Source: Macrostomum hystrix (lineage: Eukaryota > Animalia > Platyhelminthes). From it: a stretch of 64,000 nt of DNA. Positions 12,501 through 22,100 of this stretch are shown here, one piece after another. The stretch is taken from contig CATNEN010000005.1 of the NCBI GenBank assembly GCA_950097015.1, forward strand, positions 4,526,001 through 4,590,000, given 5' to 3'. Below the pieces are notes generated by a model. That model did not search any database, was not told where the DNA came from, and saw only the letters and a list, made by a program, of their open reading frames with translations. Numbering within the stretch: position 1 is the stretch's first letter; every line of letters begins with the position of its first letter. The position numbers and the translations under genes were made by a program.

Positions 12501-15500
12501 ACGGTGGCTGCGTACACCCGCGCACGTTCTTTAAAAGACATTTTATGTCCATCCAAACTCCCTCCGCTAATGAATGCTCAATAACTCACTTCAACCCTTT
12601 ACATGGCTCTAACTGCACGCGACAAAAATAAACTTATTTTTTCGAACCCATTGAACTTTTACGTGCATCTCATCAATAGTTTTAACCTCCTATGCGTATT
12701 TAAGCGCGCCTAAATAACAATCTCGTCAGTAACTAAAATATACCCTGAAGAAGGCACAGCTTTGGTCGAAAATTTGGTTCCTCATTAACTAAAACACCCA
12801 GCACTGTGTGCGTGTGGTTTTTCCTTTTCGCATATCCATCTATCTATCTTATCTTATCTATCTATATGGAGCAAGCTAATAGTTATTTTGGGAAGAGATG
12901 TCACACTGTCATATTAAATGCTGTCATATTAAATGCATATTGAATGTCACACTGTCATTATAGAAATGTTTATACTCTCTTGAGAATTCGCAACTAGATA
13001 AATTGCGTGTCTAAAGTACTAATCTAGCACTTTTGAGTTTCACCAAGTAGATGCTGCTACTCTAACATCGCTAATTGAAAAAATGTCCGAAACACACAGC
13101 CAGCTGATGTGTAAATTAATACATAACTCATCAGATGTTTTGGACTAGCAGTAAAATATAAGCTTTAGGAGTAATTCTGTCCAAATTACGATTATGTTAC
13201 TTGTACAATTAGTTTTGGATTTTTTTCGGCTTAATCAAGAGTAGGGTTACAATCCTGTAAGTCTGAGTTAGAGAGTGGCATTGTACTATACTCGTAGTTT
13301 CCCGCGTCAGAGTGAATTCACTGAAAATTTTAATCTAGAGTGGCAATACTTTCATCTATTCTCAGGAGAGATAAGAACGGGAGGGATGAGACACGGGAGA
13401 GATGAGACATGGGAGAGATAAGACACGGGAGAGATGAGACACGGGAGAGATGAGAAACGGGAGAGATGAGAAACGGGAGAGATGAGAAACGGGAGAGATA
13501 AGACAGGTTAGAGATGAGAAACGGGAGAGATGAGACACGGGAGAGATGAGACACGGGAGAGATGAGACACGGGAGAGATGAGACACGGGAGAGATGAGAC
13601 AGGGTAGAGTTGAGACACGGGAGAGATGAGACACGGGAGAGATGAGACACGGGAGAGATGAGAAACGGGAGAGATGAGACAGGGAGAGATGAGAAACGGG
13701 AGAGATAAGACAGGGTAGAGTTGAGACACGGGAGAGATGAGACAAAGGAGAGATGAGACACGGGAGAGATGAGACAGGGAGAGATGAGAAACGGGAGAGA
13801 TAAGACAGGGTAGAGTTGAGACACGGGAGAGATGAGACAGAGGAGAGATGAGACACGGGAGAGATGAGACAGGGTAGAGATGAGAAACGGGAGAGATAAG
13901 ACAGGGTAGAGTTGAGACACGGGAGAGATGAGACACGGGAGGGATGAGACAGAGGAGAGATGAGACAGGGTAGAGATGAGAAACGGGAGAGATGAGACAC
14001 GGGAGAGATGAGACACGGGAGAGATGAGAAACGGGAGAGATGAGACAGGGAGAGATGAGAAACGGGAGAGATAAGACAGGGTAGAGATGAGAAACGGGAG
14101 AGATAAGACAGGGTAGAGTTGAGACACGGGAGAGATGAGACACGGGAGAGATGAGACACGGGAGAGATGAGAAACGGGAGAGATGAGACAGGGAGAGATG
14201 AGAAACGGGAGAGATAAGACAGGGTAGAGTTGAGACACGGGAGAGATGAGACAGAGGAGAGATGAGACACGGGAGAGATGAGACAGGGTAGAGATGAGAA
14301 ACGGGAGAGATAAGACAGGGTAGAGTTGAGACACGGGAGAGATGAGACACGGGAGAGATGAGACAGAGGAGAGATGAGACACGGGAGAGATGAGGCACGG
14401 GAGAGATAAGACACGGGAGAGATGAGGCACGGGAGAGATGAGACTGGGTAAGAGTAGGTTTTGAAAGTTGGGTGTAGTTTTGGGAGCAATTGGAAGGCCG
14501 TATCTGGCCAGCAGGCGAAGGTTGCTGAACCCTGATGTCAAGTGACATTGCCGCAGATTCAAATGAAATGCACAATGTCTAGAACACAGACCTGCCAGAC
14601 AGCGTAAATGACAATCGTTGATTCAATGATTGTCGCTCAGCCAATCCCAAGCCTTCCGCGGACAGTTGCTGATCGTCTTCAGAGTCGGTGTACTGATGGT
14701 CATCATCGTCATTGTTTGCCGAATTCCGTCTACGCAGATTGTCCTCCACAACTAGCTGGTCATAGACGTCGTCGCACAGTTTATCACCGAATGCATTCTC
14801 GTAGAATTTCAAGCTATCATCCGGATGATAATTGTAGGCCAAGCCGCACGGACAGAGGCGCAATCGGCATAGTCGATCTCCGGGAAATTTCTTACGCAAC
14901 GATTGCTGACTAGTTGAATCGTTAAGGCCTACTTTTATAAGACGAATCACACCGAAACTGGTCGAATCGCAGGTAATTAAATAGTCGCCTTTGAAAGCGA
15001 CACGCGAGGCGCCAAGCGCGCCTAGCGACATTGCGGGCAGTGTGACCGACTTTCTACCGTCGGAGACTACATCGGATACTGACGAGGACATTTGGAAGCG
15101 ATCGGATTCCTGCAGTGGGATTTTAGTAGAAATTCAGGAGAATGATTAAAATAAAATTAGTTAAATGACTTGTGGACTGCGATTAGCAGTGCGAAAATTT
15201 GGGAGACTGAGATCATCAGTTAAGGGGATTTGGAAGACTAGGATTATCGACATTTAGAGGATATGGGAGACTAGATTAATCAGTTAGGGAATTTGAGAGA
15301 CTGTGATTATCAGCTAGAGGATTAAGGAGACTAGGATTATCAGTTAGAGGATTAAGGAGACTAGGATTATCAGTTAGAGGATTAAGGAGACTAGGATTAT
15401 CAGTTAGAGGATCTTAGCTACTAAGATTATCTGATAGAGGATCAGAGAGACTGCGATTATCAGTAAGAGGATTAAAGAGAAAAGGATTATCTGAAAGAGG

Positions 15501-17834
15501 ATTTTATAGACTGGGATTATCAGATAAAGGATTTAAGAGACTAGAATTACCGGTTAAAGGATTTTTAAGATTTCAGGATTTATTCGAACTGTAGGATTTG
15601 GGAAAAGTTTAACAGGCAAAAAGGTGATTTCAAACTAGATTCTAAGAATCGCCTACACAAGAAAGTAAGAAATGTAATGTAAGTACAAACTTACAAACGA
15701 TTCAGAAGCGGCAGGCGCTGATGCAGAAGGCTCCTCTAATTGACATAGCCAAACGTGCCGGCGACAGGTGACAATTCGGCGGGCCGCCAAATCGCTGGCA
15801 CACTGACGACAACCATTAGAGAGGCTGGGCAGACTGATCAGTATACGACGATGAGGCAGTACGGGTGTTGACACGCAGGCGATGCTGCAGCCGTTCTGGC
15901 CACCATCGCCATGATGATGACGCGACTCAGTCACACAGATTGGCTGATGTCTCATTAGGGCCAGAGGAGAAATGTCGTAGGCCACGGCTAGATTGGCACT
16001 AATAAAGGAGATTGATGGGGATGATAACTGGGTCTAGGGGGTTAGAGAATATGAGTCTAGGGGATTATAGACTGCAAGTCTAGGGGATTAGAGACTGCAA
16101 GTCTAGGGGATTAGAGACTGCAAGTCTAGGAATTATAGACGGCAAGTCTAGGGGATTAGAGACGGCAAGTCGGGGGGATTAGAGACTGCAAGTCTAGGGG
16201 ATTAGAGACTGCAAGTCTAAGGGATTAGAGACGGCAAGTCTAGGGGATTAGAGACGGCAAGTCTAGGGGATTAGAGACTGCAAGTCTAGGGCATTAGAGA
16301 TTGCAGGTCTAGGGGATTAGAGAATATGAGTCTATGGGATTATAGACTGCAAGTCTAGGGGATTAGAGATTGTAGGTCTACAGGATTAAAGACAGTAAGT
16401 CTAGAGGATTAGAGACTGCAAGTCTAGGGGATTAGAGACGGCAAGTCTAGGGGATTAGAGACTGCAAGTCTAGGGGATTAGAGACTGCAAGTCTAGGGGA
16501 TTAGAGACTGCAGGTCTAGGGGATTATAGACGGCAAGTCTAGGGGATTAGAGACGGCAAGTCAAGGGGATTAGAGACTGCAGGTCTAGGGGATTATAGAC
16601 GGCAAGTCTAGGGGATTAGAGACGGCAAGTCAAGGGGATTAGAGACTGCAAGTCTAGGATATTAGAGACTGCAGGTCTAGGGGATTAGAGATTGCAGGTC
16701 TAGGGGATTAGAGAATATGAGTCTAGGGGATTATAGACTGCAAGTCTAGGGGATTAGAGACGGCAAGCCTAGGGGATTAGTGAATAAAATTCTAGGGGGT
16801 TAGAGAATATATGTCTAGGAGATAAGAGAACACAAGTCTATTGGATTAGAGAGAATACGTCGAGGGGATTAGAGAAAAAAAGTTTAAGGATTGGAGAAGA
16901 TAAATCTATGGGATAAGGGAATAAGTCCAGGGGATTAGAGAATATAAGAAGACTAGGGTATAAGGGAAAATTTCTAGGCAATTAAAATTCCTTTCTAGGG
17001 ATCCGAACTTATACTCGTACAACTAAAGAAAATAGGTGTATAAGTTCCGGAAAATACATAAAAGAAATCTGAAAATAGACAGACAACAACAGAAATAGAA
17101 AGTAGGTATCTAGGACGGGGCTGAGTGGCAGAGCGGTTAATGCGTTTGTATCTTGCACCTAAGTCCCCGAGTTCGATTCCGCGGCGAGGCCACAATTATT
17201 TGCCCTCCCCCCAAGTAGAGAAGGCTTGGGGGCTTGTCGTGCAATTCACGCCCTTGTGGGCCAACCTCCAAGGTTGTTGAGTCAACCTCCAGAATGTTGA
17301 ATAGTGTACACTGCCTGACGATGAGAAAGTCAGGTCAGATATGTACACACCTGTGTGCGTGCGTGCTCAGGAGTCAGCCAAATGGGCAGAATTACCAAAT
17401 TATGTGCCATCGCCTGCAGCACTCCTGCAATTATTATTATTAGGCATCTAAGGGAATCAGAATAGACACTTAGTATTGGTAAGCATTAATTATTGATCAG
17501 GGGCAAAAGAAACTGTGTTGACAAACCTAGGCTTAGCCGATTTCAAATCGACATGCCACAGCATTAGCTGGTATTTGTTAGCAAACAGCTCCTCATCGCC
17601 GTCCTGATTGAATCCGACGCCGTCAGAGCCAGAGCCAGATCGATAGGAGCACAACAGTTGACCGTTTGCTAAGAAACCCAGAAACACGTTGGACATCCAA
17701 TCGGTTGGCGCTGCGTTATCAAATAGGCTAGATAGTTTCAGGCGAATAACAGCGCTAAATGATCGCCGATGACATCTAGACTGTTGTCTACAATGAATTA
17801 GGCCGAGCTCTCTGTTTAGAAGCCGACGCTGCAT
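3596..17834 (-). CDS. DCAF15: DDB1- and CUL4-associated factor 15, about 766 aa. Exons 17834-17527, 15998-15695, 15109-14592, 5246-4738, 4257-3596
   Basis: N-terminal VFLGFLANGQLLCSYRSGSG..KYQLMLW resembles DCAF15 IFLGFSKCGRYVLSY. Also HRRILIS..CRQC, CLFLKYTQYYP, HIEELAV and TLVIVVETVDDSSQIVING...WLNLKTG match my recollection of DCAF15 motifs. Five GT-AG exons are phase-consistent (308+304+518+509+662 nt). Confidence 0.8.
4293..4665. mobile_element. Palindromic foldback/MITE-like element filling most of DCAF15 intron 4
   Basis: Imperfect inverted arms about 130 bp long: CAGTCCATGGACTGGGGG at 4379 versus CCCCCAGTCCATGGACTG ending at 4651, and GGAATCGAACTC (4484-4495) versus GAGTTCGATTCC (4515-4526) around a 19-nt loop. 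The left flank is homologous to 56786-56855. Confidence 0.75.
6165..6910 (+). pseudogene. Degenerate 3' portion of a Penelope-like element (GIY-YIG, C-terminal motif, 3' UTR), tandem upstream copy
   Basis: Aligns by eye to 12118-12800 (CVYIGET, HL.DI.LAKDTPV, DLRFMGLWYLSPEC, LNSID, VAAYTRSRSLKDI), with frameshifting indels and a degenerate hammerhead-like motif at 6811-6848. Confidence 0.85.
7014..8692 (+). mobile_element. 5' half of a Penelope-like retroelement ORF: Arg-rich N-terminus, HHLENW/RWA region and SGNH-hydrolase-like domain; frameshifted
   Basis: Joining ORFs 7014, 7268 and 7495 gives ...ARLVKQLFRSAHHLENWHTVPPGVQRK..L.NFIRPAMP..LKTNAETWE....ESHY...TGWQIGYRWASK, which I recall from N-terminal regions of aquatic-animal PLEs. 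8323-8637 reads VVIGDESL...QFEIFPNLKAEHL...VILFPRGHD, an SGNH-like pattern. Family call is from memory. Confidence 0.6.
8693..11871 (+). mobile_element. piggyBac (PGBD4-like) DNA transposon, decayed; ends not resolved
   Basis: Transposase relic at 9289-11215 flanked by non-PLE sequence. A TTAA at 11872-11875 coincides with resumption of the PLE reading frame, but no convincing TIR pair was found. Confidence 0.6.
9289..11215 (+). pseudogene. piggyBac transposase pseudogene (DDD triad and C-terminal Cys-rich domain)
   Basis: Motifs SVDESLI, KRARVGIKLY, FVDKWFAS, TGTVRANR, MGGVDRLD and CRVC...C..CP..PGLC...CFEEWH. Interrupted by TGA at 10264-10266, a frameshift near 10440 and TAG at 10685-10687. 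Confidence 0.93.
11876..12870 (+). mobile_element. 3' half of a Penelope-like element: linker, Cys knuckle, GIY-YIG endonuclease, C-terminal motif, 3' UTR and (TATC)n tail
   Basis: One frame with a single TAA (12063-12065): SIRNAKKSALIQ...GFRNCNNETCRVC...RCDSRNVVYSILCRSCNDRCVYIGETGG...RLQAHLSD...PVSRHF...ELKLISLLQTQIPAGLN, then PIIIPY...VAAYTRARSLKDILCPSKL; stop at 12584. Tail tatctatc at 12830-12866. Confidence 0.88.
12742..12778 (+). ncRNA. Candidate minimal type I hammerhead ribozyme in the PLE 3' UTR
   Basis: acc-CTGAAGA (12745-12751), stem II aGGC..GTC, GAAA (12768-12771), palindromic AATT stem III, then T-GGT closing stem I with ACC. Matches the minimal dimeric hammerheads described in PLE pseudo-LTRs. 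Confidence 0.6.
13375..14445. repeat. Minisatellite, 18-bp unit GAGATGAGACACGGGAGA, in DCAF15 intron 3
   Basis: Directly visible tandem array with extreme purine skew; same family as 22190-22860 and 39630-40800. Confidence 0.95.
15190..15580. repeat. Minisatellite, 30-bp unit GGAGACTAGGATTATCAGTTAGAGGATTAA, in DCAF15 intron 2
   Basis: Visible tandem array related to the 1836-2560 unit. Confidence 0.9.
16035..16970. repeat. Minisatellite, 23-bp unit AGACTGCAAGTCTAGGGGATTAG, in DCAF15 intron 1
   Basis: Visible tandem array with a degenerate right end. Confidence 0.95.
17117..17441 (+). mobile_element. tRNA-derived SINE, copy A (DCAF15 intron 1)
   Basis: A box TGGCAGAGCGG, B box GTTCGATTCC, shared body and (ATT)n tail; TSD-like TAGGTATCTAGG / TAGGCATCTAAGG. 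Confidence 0.85.
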
Positions 17835-18589
17835 TTAGCTTTAGCTAGAAGAAAGAATGATCGAGTAATATACTCGTAGGATTGCTCAGATTTGAAGTCA
17901 CTCTATGTACGTAAATAGAAATAACACTTAACCCAGATTTAAAGCGGCGCTTTTAAAGGCTGCGTGTACAACTGATCAGTCCATGGACTGGGGAGACGGC
18001 GACATACACAAACTCACCTAAATTTCTAACCTGCAGTTAATTTTGGTACTGGAATAATGAGAATAATGTGTCTCGCTTAAAGTCATAGTAAACATTTTGT
18101 TACAATTAAACAATAAGAACTAAATAATTTTTAATCACATCAAATAATAGAAATAAGCTTCACAAACGAATGTATTTAACAATGAATTCGTTTATTTTTG
18201 TTTAATAAATTATTTAAAAAATTAATCATAGCGAGGCTATTAGTATGATTAACTGTAATTAAATTGATTAATGTTTAGTATGCGGGATATACATTACTAA
18301 ATTAGGCGATGCTATTAAAAGCAAAGTAAAATTTTGAGAAATTAGCGTTTAAAAAAGTTAAAAGAAATTTGAAACACGTTTTAGCATGGGCATAGCAGAT
18401 ATACAAAAAAGGATATACAAATATCTATTTCATTAGCATGTTCGAGTAACACACAAGTCTTGGATTTACAGACAAAATTCTACGCGAATCTAGATTATCT
18501 ATTTCACTAATATTGACTTATCTCCCAAATACAAGATTATGTATCAGATTGGAGATAAACAACCAACTTAAAAGATTTGGGATTACCCA

Positions 18590-18900
18590 CCGTCATGCCA
18601 AATTTGGGTTTGACTACCGTCACAGCAGATTAGGATTAAGTAACGAAATCACAAATTAGGGATTAACTACTATCGAGCCAGATTAGGGATTAACTACCGA
18701 GAGACCAGATTAGGGATTAACTACTGAAAGAACAGATTAGGGATTAACTAACGTCAGACAAGATTAGGGATTAAGTACCGGTAGACCAGATTAGGGATTA
18801 AGTACCGTTAGACTAGATTAGGGATTAACTACCGGTAGACCAGATTAAGGATTAAGTACCGTTAGACTAGATTAGGGTTTAACTAAAACTGACCAAATTG
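18590..18900. repeat. Minisatellite, about 27-bp unit containing CAGATTAGGGATTAACTAC, between TTC14 and DCAF15
   Basis: Visible array with 27-bp spacing of AGATTAGGG. Confidence 0.85.
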
Positions 18901-19109
18901 TGTCTTGATAATTAGGAGAACGGATTAGGGATTAGCATCCAACAAACCACATTGTGTCTAAAAAAATTAAAACTAGTATTTCATTGATTAAAGATGATTC
19001 CGAGCTTTCACGCCTAAATACAATGTCTAAGCGCCGACTGACAATTGACTCGCACCATTAAACCATATTAAGCATGAACGAACAATGGCCATTGAAAGCG
19101 AATCGATTT

Positions 19110-22100
19110 CTAGTCCAAGTCAATATCCCGCTTCTTCTGCTTCAATTCGGCCAGGAAATTTTCCAATTCAGCCAGAGTCTCCTCCGGACGCGGCTGCTCG
19201 GATGACTCCGGCTGTGGTTCCGACTTCGATGCAGCTGACGGAGCTGGCGGCGATGCCTCCTTTGACGTCGACCGGCTTGAGATTGGAGAATTAGCTGCCT
19301 TCGCCGGCTTACTTAAATCGCTATTTTTAGCCTTGGAAACCACAGGACTTATCTCTCTTTTTTTATTAGTATTATTGCGCGATTGGATAACACGGGCCCG
19401 CGTGAACTGCGGCGAGCGCGATCGTGAACGCGATAGTGAACGTGAATGTGATCGTGAACGTGAACGCGATCGTGAATAAGAACGACTTCGTCTGCCGCCG
19501 TAGCGACTATTGTAGAAGAATCGACCGCGGCCGCGGCCTCGACCGTAGAAGCCACCGCCGCCGCCGCGCCCTCTGGAATTCCAAACGCGACCCCGCGCTG
19601 GGCTACGGCTGCGGCTACGGCTACGGCTGCGGCTGCGGCTACGACGACTACGACTTTGACTACGGCTACGATCACGACTGCGGCTACGACTCCGGCTAGG
19701 ACTAAGGCGATAATTGCGTCGATTGTCTCGAAGCGGGTGCGTCGGCGGTGGCTGCTGAACTGTTGATGACGAAGGCTTCGCACTGGCTGAATTAGTTGGA
19801 CCTGGACGCATTGACGAATAGAAACGCGGATGCAATTGATGACGCTGCGGCGGCTGCTGCTGCTGCTGCGGCGGCGGAGGCTGCTGCTGTTGCTGCTGCT
19901 CTTCGCGGGACGGTGACAATCTCTGTCGACTGGTTCCAGCATCGCGGCTAGGCGAATAACGCCTATGCCGTTCTTCAATTTCTCGAATCTTCCGCTGCAC
20001 AGCTGTCAATCGTTCGGTTTCAGTAGAGGCTCCTGACTGAGGCTGCCTACCGCTGCTAGCTGAAGGGGCAGGAATATGATCTGGTTCATCGGCAATAACT
20101 GGCACTAGTTTGGCTGTTGAACTTTTAAAGCTCTCGTCATGGTGCCTCTTGACGACGCGAGACGATGCTGTTGAAGGCGCGGCAGGGACAGTGGCAGACG
20201 ATGATCGAATACCGCCCTCCGCACTGCCAAGCGCTGCTAGGGGCTTCCAAAGAAGCTGTGCCTACAATAGCAGAATGTGTCATTCATTAATCGTCCACAA
20301 TTGCGATTTAAGAAATCCTTAAAACTTTTTACGAATTGCCAGTTTTAATAAGAGTCACTTTGCTAAACTGATTCAGTTTTTGTTGCAATTTCTTCTAAAG
20401 TGTCTCCCTTTCTTAGAAATGTTCCTGTTCTTAGAGTTTTCACATCTATCTTTGTGATAATACTTTTTCTGCATTCAATTCTTGCTGAACTGCATTCGAT
20501 TCTTGCTGAACTGCATTCGATTCTTGCTGAACTGCATTCGATTCTTGCTGAACTGCATTCGATTCTTACTGAACTGCATTCGATTCTTGCTGAACTGCAT
20601 TCAATTATTGCTGAACTGCATTCGATTCTTGCTGAACTGCATTCAATTCTTGCTGAACTGCATTCGATTCTTGCCAAACTATAGTAAAAGTAAAGTAAAA
20701 GCAGGGGCTCGGTGGCAGAGCGGTCTAACGCGTTAGCCTTTCGCACCAAGGTCCCTAAGTTCGATTCCACGGCTAGGTCACATTTATTTGGGGCGCAGCC
20801 GCAGAGAGAAGAAGGCTTCGGGGCTTGTCGTGCAATTTACGCCCTTGAGGGCTAACCTACAAGGCACAGGGAAGCGTACAGTTTCTGACAATGAGAGAGT
20901 CAAGGCAGATGTACACACCTGTGTGAGCGTTTGCCTGCGTACGGTATTCTGTGTGCGTGTGTGTTCAGGAGTCAGCGAAATAGGCAGAATTGCCTTCTCG
21001 CTGGCTGCGGGTCTAGTGTCACCAAATGATGAGCCACTGCCCGCAGTATCTATATCTTAATGCGACATGGTAAACCAAGTTAAGGATTGTCCTAAGGGGA
21101 AGATATGAGTCCACAGTAGAACTACCAAGGGGGAATTCCCCCTGACAATTTTTTTTGCTGCACCTGAACGGAGCAACGCAAGCACACGAAACTCAAGAAC
21201 ACGGGCAAACTTTTTGTTGCGCATCTTCTGAAACAAGAATCACGTCGCCAGCTCTTCAGACCGTCAAGATATTTAATGGTTCTGGCTGAAGGTCGGATTT
21301 TTCCCATAAGCGCTAGTGTATTTCTATATACCACTATACACGAATTAGCACTGCGCCTCGGTGCAGCCTTGCCAGGCCTTCCAACTTTATCAGAAAAGCA
21401 CCTGAATGTGCCTGCATCATCTCCGTCTTCGGTGGTCACCTACCTTTATCTAGACGGAATTGCTGGACCTTCAAGACTACAAGAGGTGGAACTATGTCGC
21501 TATGACGTGAATGACCTGACTTGAATTTCTCCATTTTCACTACTCAAGCCTAAATATCAGGCGCAGCTCAACCAGAGTACACCACTGCCTAGACTGTCGA
21601 CCAATCAGTCATCACCCAACGGCAAAAAAATTTACAGGCGGGGGGAGAATTTCGGGTAAATCTAATTCCGGGATTCGATTATCTAATCCTAGAAATACAT
21701 TTTAGGACAGTTGCATAGAAATAAGCAGAAAGAAATGGTCAAGCGAAATGTCAAACACCCGATGCGCCAACTAATACTAGCAAAGGAAAAGAAAATTTGT
21801 TACGGCTTAGAACAGAATGGTAGACCTTATTCACAGAGAATGAATGACAGTAGTTGAAGCTTATTTTCTAGACTGGATTCCTGTATAAGCATTGAAGAAG
21901 AATTGACGCGAACACAGCAAAAAGAAACCTTTCACATAATAGATAGTGAATTCCATTTAATCACTTAATTCCAAGAGGAAGCCCTGCATAGTAAATCCCT
22001 TCTCGTGTGTCAGTCAAATGCTAATACTCACACTTCAATTCCAAAAGTGCAATAATACTAGATATGCAACTACAAAGTCTATGCCGCGACTTCGCTATAC

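Noticed and set aside
13330-14575. Three long minus-strand ORFs (355-410 aa)
   Set aside because: They are read-throughs of the 18-bp minisatellite, open in all three frames because the pyrimidine strand lacks stops; intronic.
17117-17195. tRNA genes at the SINE heads (also 20704, 57217, 61220)
   Set aside because: A and B boxes are present, but each runs into the same SINE body and tail and I cannot fold a complete cloverleaf.
18590-18900. Interstitial telomere (TTAGGG)
   Set aside because: Only one TTAGGG per 27-bp unit, not a tandem hexamer tract.
20363-20770. Heptad ILAELHS leucine-zipper-like and RIECSSA ORFs
   Set aside because: 21-bp tandem repeat in an intron; open on both strands.
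21122-21524. Overlapping ORFs in the last TTC14 intron
   Set aside because: No recognisable domain; possibly decayed TE sequence but unsupported.
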